Assembly (NCBI GenBank): GCA_973895155.1
Contig: OZ316896.1
Coordinates: 15,311,519 to 15,375,518, forward strand
Source: Marsupella aquatica
Taxonomy: Eukaryota; Plantae; Marchantiophyta
Length of the DNA: 64,000 nt
Direction: 5' to 3'
Both the position numbers and the translations under genes were made by a program. Below the pieces are notes generated by a model. The model saw only the letters and a program-made list of their open reading frames with translations. It searched no databases and was not told the DNA's origin. Numbering within the stretch: position 1 is the first letter of the stretch; every line of letters begins with the position of its first letter. Positions 13,339 to 27,319 of the stretch are shown one piece after another.

Positions 13339-14700
13339 CTAGCTCAATACCTGTGCGTTGCACAAAAGAAGTCGTGTCGGCCAAGATGTCGTTGAGAAAA
13401 AATGATGTCATGTTAGCCAAGAGGTCGTGGAGAGAAAAGATGTTGTGTTGGCCAAGAGGTCTTGGAGAGAAAAAAATGTTGTGTCGCCCAAGAGGTCGTT
13501 GAGAGAAAAGATGTCGTGTCGCCCAAGAGGTTGTTGAGAGAAAAGAAGTCATGTTGGCCAAGATGTCGTTGAGAAAAAAAGACGTGTCGGCCAAGAGGTC
13601 GTGAAGAGAAATTATGTCGAGTCGCCCTAAAGGTCATTCATTGAGAGAAAAGAAGTCGTTGAGAAAAAAAGATATCTTGTCAGCCAAGAGGTCTTTGAGA
13701 AAAAGATGTCGTCTTGGCCAAGAAGTCATTGAGAAAAAAGATGTCGTGTCGGCCAAGATGTCGTTAAAAAAATTGTCATGTCGGCCAAGATGTTGTTGAG
13801 AAAAAAGATGTCGTGTCGGCAAAGACATCGTTGAGGGAAAAGATGTCGTGTCGGCCAAGACATCGTTTAGGAAAATACCCTTGTGTCGCACAAAAGATGT
13901 TGTTAAGAAAAAGATTGTTCCTTTCAAACCTCAACCTCCCCCTTTTCCCCTTTTCCTATTTTTGGTCTTCTCTTTTTCACATTCACCATCACTCCACTCG
14001 TTCATCGCCCCCCTTCCCCACCCATGTGAGATCGAGGGGCTACCCTACATTGCAAGTGTGCCCCTCGCCTGAGACCTTGCCATCAACACCCATGCCATGC
14101 GCTTCACTATGTCTTTGGGCCTTATTACTTTTGTTTTTTTGGCATTAAAAATGACACTGCAAATGACTGTAAAAATCACCACAAATATTGGGAGAACAGT
14201 TTTTTTATTGATGTAGTGACTAAAATGTTATTAGTAATTAAATTACTTTTATGGACTCTTATCATTATTATACAAAATTATGATGCACACAATATTAAAA
14301 TATGTACAATGAATATGTACAATATAAATTTGCATGTGAATATGTACAATATTTACTTGCATGGATGTATAGTCCTTGATCCTTGTGCATTGATCCTTGT
14401 GTTAAAGTCTTTCACTTCTTTTTTTGTGTGCCTCGTGTGAGTCGGCACTGGTGCAACTTTTTGTGATTCACACTAAACTCAATTCACACTAACTCAATTC
14501 ACACTTTGACTTTATTGCTTACCTTTGACCAGATTTTTTAATTTTTGTGCCTTGCAAATCTGAATGACAACCACTTTTTCTTTTTGACTCACACTAAACT
14601 CAATTCACACTTTGACCAGATTTTTTAATTTTTGTGCCTTGCAAATTTGAATGACAACCACTCTAAAAAGTGGCGCAACTTTGGCTGGCGATAGTGAAAA
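13339..14700 (-). mobile_element. Non-autonomous Helitron with an internal ~34-bp AAGATGTCGT minisatellite
   Basis: Minus-strand 3' end GTGCAACGCACAGGTATTGAGCTAG|T (hairpin plus CTAG). The 5' region GTGGTTGTCATTCAAATTTG is shared with the copies at 25.8 kb and 40.2 kb. The 5' boundary is approximate. Confidence 0.75.
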
Positions 14701-15115
14701 GTTCCTTATACATTTTATTCTATTGTTTCCATCTTTCTACACTAGCTGAAGTCTAGATCATCTTCAATTCCGGATTTTCTTCCATTAAGTAGCTTGGCTG
14801 GTTTCGCACATTCATTTAATACCAACGTGCGTGACTTCATATTATCAACAAGCATCAAAATACGAGTGGAGTGGTACAGCTGCGAGTCATCGTTTGCAAG
14901 AAAGTTTTATTTATGTTAATTGGTGTCAACCGAAGCCACACCGCCAACTCCTAATAAGGATATCAACGTGAAACCCAAGAGAGCCTACAACAACTGCAGA
15001 CAAGGCATCACTCATCAATTTGCTCTTCTCTCATTAGAAGTCAGAAAAAATCTGGAACAGCTCGAGAGCATCCTACACAATTTTCAATAATTTACAAATT
15101 TCAGACACAAGACTT

Positions 15116-18100
15116 TCACTGTCCAGTGCATGCTGATTCCAACTTCGACCGAAGAGATTGTCCTTGCAGCTCTGCCGTGGCAAGGAGTAACTCGGTGATC
15201 TCTATTCCCATCAGAGATACTAAATCATTAACATGGGTGCCTTCTACTTCGCCATTGTTCCTTTCGAATATTTCCTCTGAGGAAGATTCCATGCAGGAGC
15301 TCCCAGGGCTACGTTCTAGTGGCCCTTGAAAACTCACAGGGAGTGCACATCCAAGAGTAAGTGACAGTTGCTTGGCCTCGGATTTCACAGACTCCACAGC
15401 TTCAATGGCAGATTGAATTGCAGGCTGTGTGAACTCTCCTTGTGATTCACTTGCAACCTGCAGTTCAATCGATCACTTAGGAAGCTTTCTTTAAGGATCA
15501 CTTTTTAATGGGAAGTCACCTACTCAAGCAATGCACAGTTCCAACAAGACTCACCTTGACTAGTATCATGCGGAGGCGGTGTGCTGACTGGGCAAGACGG
15601 TCCATACTTGCTACACGTTCTTGAAAAGCTGCATCCTCAACTGGTGGTCTTCAAAGAAAACAATCCGGAATTGCGGAGGTAACATCAGCAACGACAACCG
15701 GAACAGTTGTGCACAATAATTTTGTCCTTCTAGAGTACTCATCAACAGAGCAGCTTCAAAGGAGACTTCAAATACCTGAATACACTATTAACACCATCAA
15801 TTGTAATGGTATGGGTGACATCGGCAATACTACTATTGCTAGGTGTGACACTTGAGGTAGGCTTGAATGCTGATATATCCAGACCCCGCAACCAACCCTT
15901 GAGGTATCCTCCACCAGCTATCAACCGTTGTTTCGCCCCAACCACTGGTTTGTCCTCTAGTGCTGGAACAATACTAGTATCTCCAGCCAAAGATGAGACC
16001 TTGGTTTCGATTTGGCTTCCACGCTCAAGTTCCCCACCTGGATATGTGATTTTTTGTTGTTCTAGCCATTGAGTAAGTTCCCTGCAGATATGCGTGAAAT
16101 TTGTAACGAACCTAGAATTTGCTATTGAAGATCGTTTAGTCCCCTATCTCAGCCCCCCCCTAAATGCCCTGCAACGAAGCCTGTGAATAACTGCGCTGAA
16201 ATTCTACGATGACACCTACATGCCTTCATGTAGCAAATGGTAAAAATTAAACCTTTCCCGCCCTATAAGTAGTTGAAGCTGATGCCTCTCCTCGGCCAAC
16301 TCCAGAAGTGCTTTCACCTTTTCCCCAGTTACCTGCATTGTGAGAATATAGCACACGTGTTCACTGTGTTGAATTACTTCAGACTTGACAGAAAAACAGA
16401 CCAGCCTGGCCATTACATGACAGACACTTATTTGCTCCAACCTAGGATCTTGGAGTACATAGCTTCAGTTCTTCTACTTTGAATACCAACTTCAAAGTTC
16501 ATCTAACCCTGCACTGCTACTCCAATTTGCTTTTGACCTGTTAGCTACGTGTTGCTAAAGTCAAGCCTCTACAAAAAAGTCTCTTCTGAGAAAACATCAC
16601 CAAAGGTCTCTGGCATCATCATAATCACCTGCGTGAGCTTTTGATTTAGTTCCGTCACTTGGGACTCGAGGGCTGACTGTGTTAAAACCTCAAGGTAATA
16701 TCTCTCCTCTTGCTGAGAAAGAAGAAGCAAGGCTTCTACCTGGAAACCAATGCATGTGAGACGATCTTTAATGTAGCCACAGACAAGTAAGAAAATCCAG
16801 ATTCTGACCTGAATTACGGGAGTATTTCTCAAAGCGAACTGTGGTGTAGCTGTGAGGGGCTTCTGTACATTTTCGAAACTAAGACCAGCATTTTGAGCTA
16901 TAGACACTCTTTCAGGAGCTGACTACGGGTCAGATGATCGCTCAAGGGTCCTAAGTACAACAAATAACGAACTAATCTTTCTGAGATATTACTCTCATTC
17001 TCTGTTTTGGAATGTTGTTGAATTGTGCAAAGGCTCCCCAGATTTAAGCAGTACGACGGTTGATGGAGCTTGAAGATCAGATCTACCTTTTCCTGCAAAG
17101 CTTGTGCAAGTATCTTCCTGCTGTCATCCTCTACAACACTAGACCCACCGTTCTCATTTTGCTCCTAATGTTCAAGCCAACAATAACACAATTAACCAAG
17201 ATAGAGATTTATTGTCACACTAGACGTGTTGCAATCCCCACTTGCGTAGAAGAGAAAGATAAAGATCAATCTTAGCACAGTTCACGCCTTACGCTTCAGA
17301 AAAACCTAACACTAGGGTGTATAACTAGAAGTATGCACCAATGGGAGGTTATTTCTTCCCATGTTCTTTAAGATTCTCACCAGCAAAGCGAAAACAGGCA
17401 CGCGGCGATCAAGTCATAGACCATACCTTGCTGATCCCAGCATCTTGACGTGCTGCTTCATCCTCCACGAGGACCTTCAAGCTCTTCGGATTCCGTGCTA
17501 TGTCTTTTGTGACTGAATCATGTGTTCTTTCTGAATTGGGCGTTGTGTTCTGTTGTAGTACCTTCGCTTTCACTTTCTCTACCAACGTTTGCACACTTTC
17601 CTCCACAAGAGAAACCTGTCTCTTCTCAGCTTCTAGAAGCGAAGAAACCAATGTTCTTAGCGAAACTTGCTGCGCTTGCAACTGGTGCACCTCCCTGGCA
17701 AGAATATATTGTTTCAATGCCTGCCAGATTCAAACTGCATCAATGACTAAAGAAGCTAGAAGAAGACGTTTAAGGTCAGAGTGCTAAGGCCAAGTCGTCC
17801 TCAGAGAACTGAATGACGTTTTGTCTTTACAAGTAGAGCTCTTGGAATCTCCTAAAGGATACAGGCAAGGGGTATTCTGTGATGAGGGATGTATCTAGGA
17901 GGCCCAGTCCTACACAGAATGTCTCATCCCTGAAATGTTCATTCACAAAGTGGTCAACATGGATCTTTGAGCCATCAAAATCAGTGACCTACCAGCTGAT
18001 CTGAAATTATTGCAATCTTTTCCTCTGCGTCCATTCTGGCAACCCGCTCCTGTGATACCAAAGAAAGCAATTTGACAGTATATCGTGAGACGATCGCCTC

Positions 18101-21100
18101 CTATCGTGGGATAGATCCCCAGGCCCATACTCTTTGTAAATAATCAGTTAACAACTTCCTCCTGTGTGCTGCATATGAAAATTTCTCTCTATACTTAAGG
18201 AATTACACACCCCTTCTAATTGGCGCTGGAAGTCCATTAACATCGCTTTTGTAAGCTCCAATTCTTCGTGGCGCTTTGTCGACTCAGACTTCACGCATAC
18301 CAATTCTTGTTTCAATTTCGTTGATGCAGATTCTAATAGAGCTAAGTCATACTCAAGTCTTGTTGATGCAGACTGTTCCTGAGACAGCTGCTCCTCCAAT
18401 TTGACTGATGCACTTTTTGACCTGTCTAACTCTTCCTTAGCTTGAGCCTGTCAACAATCTTTACAAGTAAGAAACAAGGATGGTGAAACAATGCAGCTCA
18501 CGAGGATGCAAATACTCCTCGGTAGAATGTGTGCCTCATAGTTTATCAACCGATTTGAGTATAAAATGAGCAATCAATAAAGAATCTGATTGAAAGGATA
18601 GATGCGTCGCTCGCTCTTGCAGCATTGTCGGGCTCAAAGTGCTGCAATCAATATTTAAAACTGATTGAGCTCCGTTTCAACGAGGATCAGGACAGACACA
18701 CGCTGCAATGATCCTTTGGAAACTGTAAGGATTATAGGAAACATACCAAAGAATGCTCCAGTGCACTGCAGCGATCCTCAAAGTTTTCATCAGAAACTTG
18801 ACGATAGACCCAGTTCGCATGATCGTCTTCAAGCAATATTTGCGCTTTGTCAATTGCTACTTCATTTATATCTCCGTTCTCCCTCGTGCTTCCACGGATT
18901 TGCCAAAACTTTTCGACTACCTGGACATTGCTCAAAATAACCAATTCTTCAGAGATAACACGGTATCGAGGTCTAGCCAGGTAAAAGGTTCGGTCATACA
19001 CTTAGGACTTAAATGTCCTCCTCATCTTACAGGAAAAACGTTAGAGTGGTCTTAGCAGAAGTGTGGCCATGGAGACAAATCTATATAATTGTTTCTTATG
19101 GTCAAATTAAGTGAACCAAATCGATCCAATAATTATAATAGAAACCGTTCAGCAACCATTTCCTAATCTCATAACTGTAAATCAACCAGAAATCCCAATG
19201 TTTCAACTCAGAAAAAGTACGGGTGGCGAAGACACAAATCGGAGAATTGTTCGACAACGACAACAAGTTTGTGGACCAGCGTACATTTTGTACTCGTTTC
19301 AGCTCTACAATGGAGACTTCCATGCTTTGCTGGAGTTCGTTGAAACTTTTCTCCTGTTCAAAACACTGTGCCTTGGTCTCCTCCAGTCTGGAATAGAAGC
19401 CACAGGTTAGTTCAACTTTAAAATCTTCAAGTAGTTTGCCAGGCAAAAAATCATTACAAGAGGATCAGAGAAAAATTTCTGCACATTAGCCAGACCTGTT
19501 GTGAAGCTCCCTCAGGTCCTTGGTCATTGCCTTCTCAGTGACGTGTAAACTCTCAACCTGATTCATGTCCAGAGACAAGGATGAAAAGTATTTGCAACTA
19601 AGGAACTGACGCCTAACTATGTACCTCAATTGGGAACTTATCAAACATGGACCGGCAATAATTCCTGTAGGGTTATTATCTGGACGAGTTTGTATCTATA
19701 GAGCAAGCCAGAATTCACAATTACAACAAAAAGATGTAACGTTACTTGACTCCTTTGTTGCTACTAACCTCCAGAACCGCCTTGTCCCTCTCATTGAAAG
19801 CTGCAGCCATTCGACTTTGATAGAACTTTACTTCCTTCTCCAGCTCCTTGTTCTGTAAAACGAAGGATCAGATTGCGACATCTCAAATCCATACAATCGC
19901 TATTCAAAGGGGCGTGACAACATATTGGAAATCCCGATAATTCCATAAATGGAGGCCAATGTTTCCAAAGTTAGGGGTGTATTAAATGGGATTCAGCGTT
20001 GAGAATCTCTATCTACAAGTATTTCAAACGTCACGGTTTGAAAACCCTATCCAGTAGTCAAGTGTCGCACTAAGAGAATCTACAAAATGAGAAGCTAGAT
20101 ACATGTTAGAATAAACGCTTTCCAAAACTCAGGAAACCTCAGGCTCTCAAGACTATGAACTGCGATCTTCCCAGAAAATTGTAGGTTCAAGAGAAAGTCT
20201 AGTCCAGTATCCGCTCTTTGTGCTCAGCCATGACAGAATCTATCCTTGTAGGGCAGTCTCTTCTTGCAGCAGTAGGGTGTTGTGCAGGTCTGGGCCACTA
20301 TACGAGTGAATGACAGTGACAAGGCCAGTGAATTAATAAATACCTTGTCCATGGCTGCCTTGTACGCATCAGCAACCCGACCCTGCAGATCAACAAACAT
20401 TCCATCATATTTGCATGGTCCATCTCAAGGCGTTGATCGAACAAACGTTTCAGTTTATATAGATTACTTGTTGGCCGAATCAGCGGTTCACATGACCCAG
20501 AATCTCAGGCTACCTTTGCTCGATAGAGTTCTGTCAGTTCTTCTTGCAGATTGAGATTTTCCTTCGAGTGAAGAGCCAACTTCTGCTTGCATGCTTCCAA
20601 CTCCTGCTCGAAACCAGCAGCCCTGGTGCAGCCTTTGAGTTGTTCCTCATTATTGCAAAAAAGGTGGTCCTCAAATCAATCGTAGATGTTTATTAAGCTT
20701 GAACAACGATAAGGAAGAAATCGTTCGGTGCGTTTACGGCTCATTAATAAAAGTCAGGAGGATTCCATGAATGTTACAGTTCAATATCAAATCTTTCAAA
20801 GCAGCCGGTGATGAACGGGTCAGAATCCATAGCTGTGATCTCCCACATGAGCCAGCACTACTTGTATTCACCTCCATAATGGTAATATTCATCTCAAGAC
20901 AGGAGGAACTTCTAATAGCTCAACTTTCTGGAGTCTGATAGTAAGCCTACACATCTGTCAATAGGTCAACTGACGAGGTCCAGAATACCACAAAGCCGAG
21001 CCGAAGTTTACTAAAATCTCTTAACCCAATTACCAAATTTGTGTTGAGTTACAACCCATAGGTCAAAGGATCTTCAAGGTCATTACAAAAGCTGTTCCGT

Positions 21101-21444
21101 TATTTTTGTGGACTCACCTCCGTGATTGCAGGCGAGAGGCAATGTCAGAACCACCTGAGAAACCTGATTGCTGCATGCAGAGAGCTTCAATATCCCGCTG
21201 CAACTCCTCTTTTTCTGCAGGCGCAAGGGAGTCGCCTTATCTTACAACTCACTAGACAAGGGTGACGGTCGTAGAGAGTAGAAATACAGAAACTATGCTA
21301 ACCAGCGTTACACGAATAGAATAGCACCGCTACAACACGACCTGTACATGATCAGCAGCTTCATCCAGCATGATTAAGCACACCTGTCTCTAATTGCACT
21401 ATGCGCCTCATCAATCCTACATTGCTGTTTGCTGTGTCCTCCAT
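15116..21444 (-). CDS. Multi-exon coiled-coil protein, MEE13/At2g14680-like (myosin heavy chain-related)
   Basis: Spliced exons translate to MEDTANSNVGLMRRIVQLET, EKEELQRDIEALCMQQ, ENLNLQEEL, NKELEKEVKFYQSRMAAAFNERDKAVLE, VVEKFWQIR, VEALLLLSQQEERY and EKVKALLELAE. These match my recollection of the Arabidopsis MEE13 family. Probable 5' UTR exons lie up to ~22.4 kb. Confidence 0.75.
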
Positions 21445-23054
21445 CACTGCCTCTCCTGTACAACACCAATTCAGGATGTCTTCCATCATCAATCGCATAT
21501 AGCACTGTTACTTCAAGCAGCCTTCAGTTAAGAAAACTGGGTGCTGGTTGGGGTTGTGCCTCCACACTTTGGGCACCACCTCCATGCGCGCCGGAGGGAA
21601 GACAAAAAAAAAGAAACTCTAGATCATCCCATCTTGAAGGTAACGGTCTTTGCGGTTTGAAATATAGCTACATACTCATAATTATGTATTGCAACTCCCA
21701 AATTGTTTTATTGTCTGTTGGGTCAGTATCAGAAGTACTCACCTGCAGTAGATATGATAAGAGTTTGCTACTGAAACTGTCACCAGGAAGTGTCTGCAAT
21801 GCTTCTCCACCAAGTGGTCTCGAGGACGATATAAGCCACCCTCCAGGTGAACTCCTTTGAGTACCACGGAGCCAGGAATAAGCTGCTCATGTCAAATGCC
21901 GTAAAACCTGTGGCGCTTCAGTTACAGCGTTACAAGCTGACCCAACAGCACTCATGACGGGTGTATTCTTCGTAGTGCCTATAAAAACAAAAACACCACC
22001 AAATGGATCACACCCAGCACCAGTGATGCAGATAGAATTTCAGAATTGCAACTGTCTTGGGTGCATAAATGCATCCCTCTTTCTGCTCTATGTCCCTCTT
22101 GCTCTTGTGCGGAAATTACAAGCGTAATATTCATCCATTTCCCTCTCCTTGATCCGTGCCGGCAGATCACATGCAATTCATTAAATTTCACTTTCAGTAT
22201 CGACACATTCGTCGTCTTTCCCTCGAGATCTCATCCCCAAGACCTTCTTCACACTCATTCTAACAGCAGAGCCCAGCACAAAGTAAGGTAGGGCAGATAT
22301 CATTTCACCTCTTCACACCCTGCAGCTGTGCCAAACCTATACAAGTCGTACTAGAGGACGTACCAGTAAACTGTCCTACAGAGGCTCCCAACTCTGTCCC
22401 CCAGATCCGAGCAGGATTCTAAATGCTTCGCACTCGTGTGCTCCATAATAATTGTTCGTGTCGGTGCACATGAAACTCTAAAAACGAGATTCAATGATCA
22501 GAAAGATGACGGATCGTTGAGGCAATCACGGAGATATATGCTCGTTGAGACAATCACGGAGATATGATGGGACCCCTGGTCTTTATCTGATAAAACACTT
22601 GTAAAATGTTGTCACCAACTAAGACCTCTTTGACACTTTTGTTTCCAAACTTCTTGTAACACTTACTATAATGAGTTTTTGCTTGATATTGTGACCAACA
22701 ACACCTACTGTGAAATTTATGGTCAAGTGTGCCTAAATCACAAACTGCACGGTCAGAACTAGGCCCAATCTTGGATGGTCAATACACATTGGGAGAATGC
22801 AAATCGTGGTCGCCGCCCACCCAAACTGCATGACTTAAGTGAAGACAATAAGTTTATGGTCATTCAATTTGAATTTTTACTATACCACAGTTTCCAGTAA
22901 GTCTTATTTTCAAGCTACCATAGTTTTTTCTCAATGTTCCCAATATTTTTCTTGGTTTGACTATCTGTGTGTGCCCTAGCAAAAAGTAGTTTGCATCCCA
23001 CAGCATGAGGGACATGATACAACTGGGCTAGGTGCAATTGTTGTTGGTGATGTT

Positions 23055-23399
23055 TGTTAGATATTGCTCTAGTCTTGTGACTCATGAGCTAACCACAGTT
23101 AGGCTAACTCGGGTTAGGACTTAGCTAATGTTAGCGGTAGTGTTGTTGTGTATCTAGCCAAGGCTGATGCCAAACCCTAGTGGAACTTAGGCTCATTGTT
23201 ACGGAGCTAGTTGAGAGATAGGGAGAGCTTGTGTTGTGGATGCTTGGTATGGCCGGTCGGCCTAGAGTGCAGTAAATCTCTTGTGTGTTCCCGTGGACGT
23301 AGTCTCAAGTGGAGGTGAACCACGTATCTCTCTGTGTCGACTCTTGTAGGTTGGATGGTTCATGGGCTTGCTGTTGCGAAATGTCGTTTATGCTTAACA
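23055..23399 (-). mobile_element. Solo LTR (family A), copy 3
   Basis: TGTTAG...CTTAACA with a near-perfect TSD (ATGTT/ATGTA). Nearly identical in reverse complement to 40411-40727. Confidence 0.85.
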
Positions 23400-25091
23400 A
23401 TGTAAAGACAGGTGGAATGTGAGGACTTGTAATGCAATCAATGTTCATCACTATTCAATTATCAAAACATGATCTCGAGCTCACAATGTAACATCTCTTG
23501 ATAATTTGTCTTACTTTATTCTAGGCAAAAACTTTAGGATGCAAAACCATCCTCTAACTGCAATTTTTTTCTCACTCAAAATGCATTCAATTGATCAGGA
23601 AGAAAGGAAAGTCCAGATGGCATGGAAGTCCATGACAAAAATGACAATGATCGCCCCCAAAATTGATGAGACGGAAGCAACGCTACCAAACCCTAATTGA
23701 TCTAAAGACATAAGGCTTTTGTTTAGCCTTGTTCACCAAAGAACAAAAGGCTGCATTATTAAACTGTTAAGAAATTTCGTATGGGCGACCGTGACTGCCA
23801 ACAGACCGTGACTGCAAACAAAATTGTACAATGATGTTGTTAGGAATTGACTCGAGTTCCCTGCTTTAGTTAGGTTGACCTTACTAGGGTTAGTTAACCC
23901 TTGATTCATTAGGGATAAGATCCACTGTGATTACACTCATCTCAGTTCCCCTTGGGATAGAGGTTGGAGGAAGGCATTGATTCTCTCCCTCAATCTTCAC
24001 ATGTATTTCATATGTTATGGATCTTACGGGAGTTTCTCCACTCGTGGTGTCTGGTCGGTATATCGTTTGAGAGTGTTGCTCTCATGTTCCACATTAGCTG
24101 ACTAGTGTGAGTCGACGAATTCTTACAAACATAGTTAGCTGAGACCAATTTTTTTTTGTAATTCTTGAACATCTTGTACGGCTCTTAAGAGGGGATCAAA
24201 GACCGTAGATCTTGCCCCTTTGTGAATGATTAGTCTCTTTCAAAGTAAGTCCTACACGAGCTGGGGCTGGTTCCATGAACACCTTGGCCCCCAATTTAAA
24301 ATTTCAGGTCTCATCCCGGGCCTCATTAGTATCAATGCCAGGGCTTGATGGTGCCCGCCTTGTGACACATAAAGTGCTTTGGTGCTTAGTCCATGTGATT
24401 ATTTTTCAAGTGATCCCACAATATTCTCAAGGGGGCAGATGCTAAGTATAAAGTGTCAAGAACAAATTACACTTTCTTGACTGGTTGGGGTTGCCTTGAG
24501 CTGTACGGACAAAACAGACGGAGATGGTGACCCAATTGCACATAAAACTTGGACGATCATATCTCAGCTGTTTGATGTCCGTTTCACAAACCATTTTTGC
24601 ATTACAATGAGGAAGAGCAAGGCTACCCATGGCAGATTTCTCAAAAATAAACTTTGAGAAAAATTTTCTTTCGACAATTGGTGGGGCTCCCTGATTTCTT
24701 GGCAAATGGATGGTGGCAGCCAAGAGGATTGAGGCTGTTGGACATGGCGGACCGGTTAATTAGATAGCACTCTGTCCCAGTGAGAAAGGAGGGCACACTG
24801 CAAAGACAAGAGGTTGGGTGGTCTTTTGTATCAAGAGATATGATTTGGTTTTACAGTTAAAACTTGGTGTGGTATTCTTCTTTTGTGATTGATATTTTGA
24901 GGTTTCTAGTGTATTTTAATTTGTGGCTAACAAATTTCAGTACCTATTGCAACTTCTAAATTTCCCCATGGTGGGTCAACTATGTAGAAGAAGAGGGAGA
25001 ATGATGACAACATTCACCCATACACCAGTAAGAGAGTGTATGTGTGGGGTAGAGTGTATGTGTGGGGTAGTTTGCAGGACTTGATCAAAAC

Positions 25092-25376
25092 CTCGGGGGG
25101 TTGACTATCAAAAATCTTAGGAATCACGTGCGATCCAAAATAGGTATTTTTCATAGAAATTAGCTAAATTTTTAAAAAGCGTAGGAAGAAAAGAAGGTAT
25201 TATAGACCAATATTTACAGAATATTCTCTAATATATACCTTTTATAAAGTAAAATAGGTCATTAATATTGAAAATAGAGAATTTTTTGGAATATTCCCAT
25301 TATAAAATAGGTGTGTTTATATTAGGCTAGGATCGCACGTGGTACCCCAAAATATACACTAAATTAACCCCCCAAG
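25092..25376. mobile_element. MITE with imperfect TIRs and an 8-9-bp TSD (hAT- or Mutator-like)
   Basis: Left end CTCGGGGGGTT...CACGTGCGATCC mirrors right end GGATCGCACGTG...AACCCCCCAAG. Both sides are flanked by (G)ATCAAAAC. Confidence 0.8.
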
Positions 25377-25799
25377 ATCAAAACTATGGGGTGGACTAGT
25401 CAATAGACTTGATCAAATTTACATTACTGGGAATATAAACAAAATAATATATTCATTCCTATGTGTGAAGCAATCCAGATATCATCCCTATACGTCCCTA
25501 TAATACAATACAAACAATTTTAGGGGAAACAACCACATTTGTCGTGTTTAATTGTTTAATAAACAGATGACAATGGGCCAAAGAGCTTAGAAAATATCTA
25601 TAAACTAAATTATTATCACTAATAAGTATATTATAAAAATACAAAAAATTAATGAAGGGTTTTAGAGGAGGGCCCATTCACAAGGAATAAGGATCTAGCA
25701 ATTTATTCAAGTTTGACTATTAATGTTTCAAGTTTATATTGTTCAACGATAGTTAGAGCTTGATGACCTCCCAACTATACTAATTGTTAAACATAATTA

Positions 25800-26740
25800 G
25801 AAACTATAATAACGGACTGCGCCTTTTTTTAAGTGGTTGTCATTCAAATTTGACAAGGCTTTTTGAGTGAAAGAAAAGTGAATTGGAAAAAGAGAAAGAA
25901 ATAAGAAGAAAATAATTATGTTTGGTGTGAACACGATTCTCCAAGCAAGAAAAGTACAAAGGATTCCCTTTTACCCTCCATGATAATCATGCATACAAAG
26001 TGCTCCTCCCTCTACCATCCATGCCATACTATGCTCCATGCCATATCATCCATGCATAGGATAATTACAAATATTACATAATCAATAAAATAGTGCACAA
26101 TCTAATAAAAAAGACGAGACAAGAAAAATAGTGAAAAAGAAGGAAAAAGAAGGGGGGGGACAGCATATTAAGGTTTAAAAAGATACAAATTACAAAAACA
26201 ATTTAAAAAATCATTCTCATTTTGTTGTACTTTGGTGGTGGATGTCGCCTCTCTTTGTGTCATGACATCTTTCACTCAACATTTTTTTTTACGCAATGAG
26301 ATGTTTCTAACAAAGATATCTTTTGCCCCATGATATTTTTTCAACTACATCTTTAGCACAACGTCATCTATTACGCATGGACATCTTTTGCCAAATAATA
26401 TCTTTCAATAAACTACATCTTTTGTGCAATGACATGTTTCAAGCAATCACATATTTACTTAACGACATCTTTTATTTAACAACATGATCTTAAATGCAAC
26501 AACATCTTTTGTGCAACGAAGACTTGACAGCATATATGACTAAAGACATCCTTTTACTTATGGACCATTTTAATTGTACTTAACAACATCTTGGGTGTAA
26601 CTACATCTTGTTTTAAACGATATCTTTCGCGACATGAAATATTTTCTCTTAACTACATCTTTGGCGACACGGCATATTTTCTTTTAACTACATCTTGGGC
26701 GTCACGGCATCTTTTGTGCAACGCACGGGTATTGAGCTAG
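25800..26740 (+). mobile_element. Non-autonomous Helitron (same family as 13339-14700)
   Basis: 3' end GTGCAACGCACGGGTATTGAGCTAG|T and an internal ACATCTTT satellite. Confidence 0.8.
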
Positions 26741-27112
26741 TTGGTAATAATTTTATGAAAGCTAAATGTAGGCTAAGTAGGATGGACGAGGCTTGAGTTT
26801 AGGGTTACCCATTAGTTTAATTTAATTTGTAAAATTGGAAATTTTTGTTTGTTATTTGCATTGCATAAAAGCTCAGACATTCATGATTCTCTGTGGGGTT
26901 GAGATGGTTTGTTTTAGGGTCACTAGTCAAATTTCTCTTTGTGACCCCCCTTTTGTGATTGACTTGTGATCTCTACCTTTAATTCAGTTTGTTGTTTGGT
27001 CTGGCTTCCCTGTTTTGCGGTCGTTGGATTTTGGGGTTGGGGCTTGGTTTTTTTTGGTCTACCTGGGTTTATCCTTGGTTTATCTTCTTGATTAGATCTC
27101 TTGCCTTCAAGA

Positions 27113-27316
27113 TCATGGCACAGAGAGGGGACGTGAGGCGTAGTTGTGATAAGCATGTTGACAGGATGGAATTAACAAAACCCTTGCATCTCCCGTCTCA
27201 TGACAATAATTCACCACCTTTGTCCTGAATTCTTCATGAAATATTTGCATGAAGTTCTTATCCACAAGCCCCTGCTTGATCAAAGGGTGCTCTGAATCTA
27301 CAAATGGACCCATCAA
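27113..27316 (-). pseudogene. POLA2: Fragment of DNA polymerase alpha subunit B (POLA2)
   Basis: MGPFVDSEHPLIKQGLVDKNFMQIFHEE...RVLLIPS...AYH resembles the plant POLA2 segment GPFVDSEHPEIKKG...VILVPS..DA.H. No other POLA2 exons are visible nearby. Confidence 0.7.
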
Positions 27317-27319
27317 TAC

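Noticed and set aside
13236-13927. Overlapping ORFs in the AAGATGTCGT array
   Set aside because: Artefacts of the Helitron-internal satellite.
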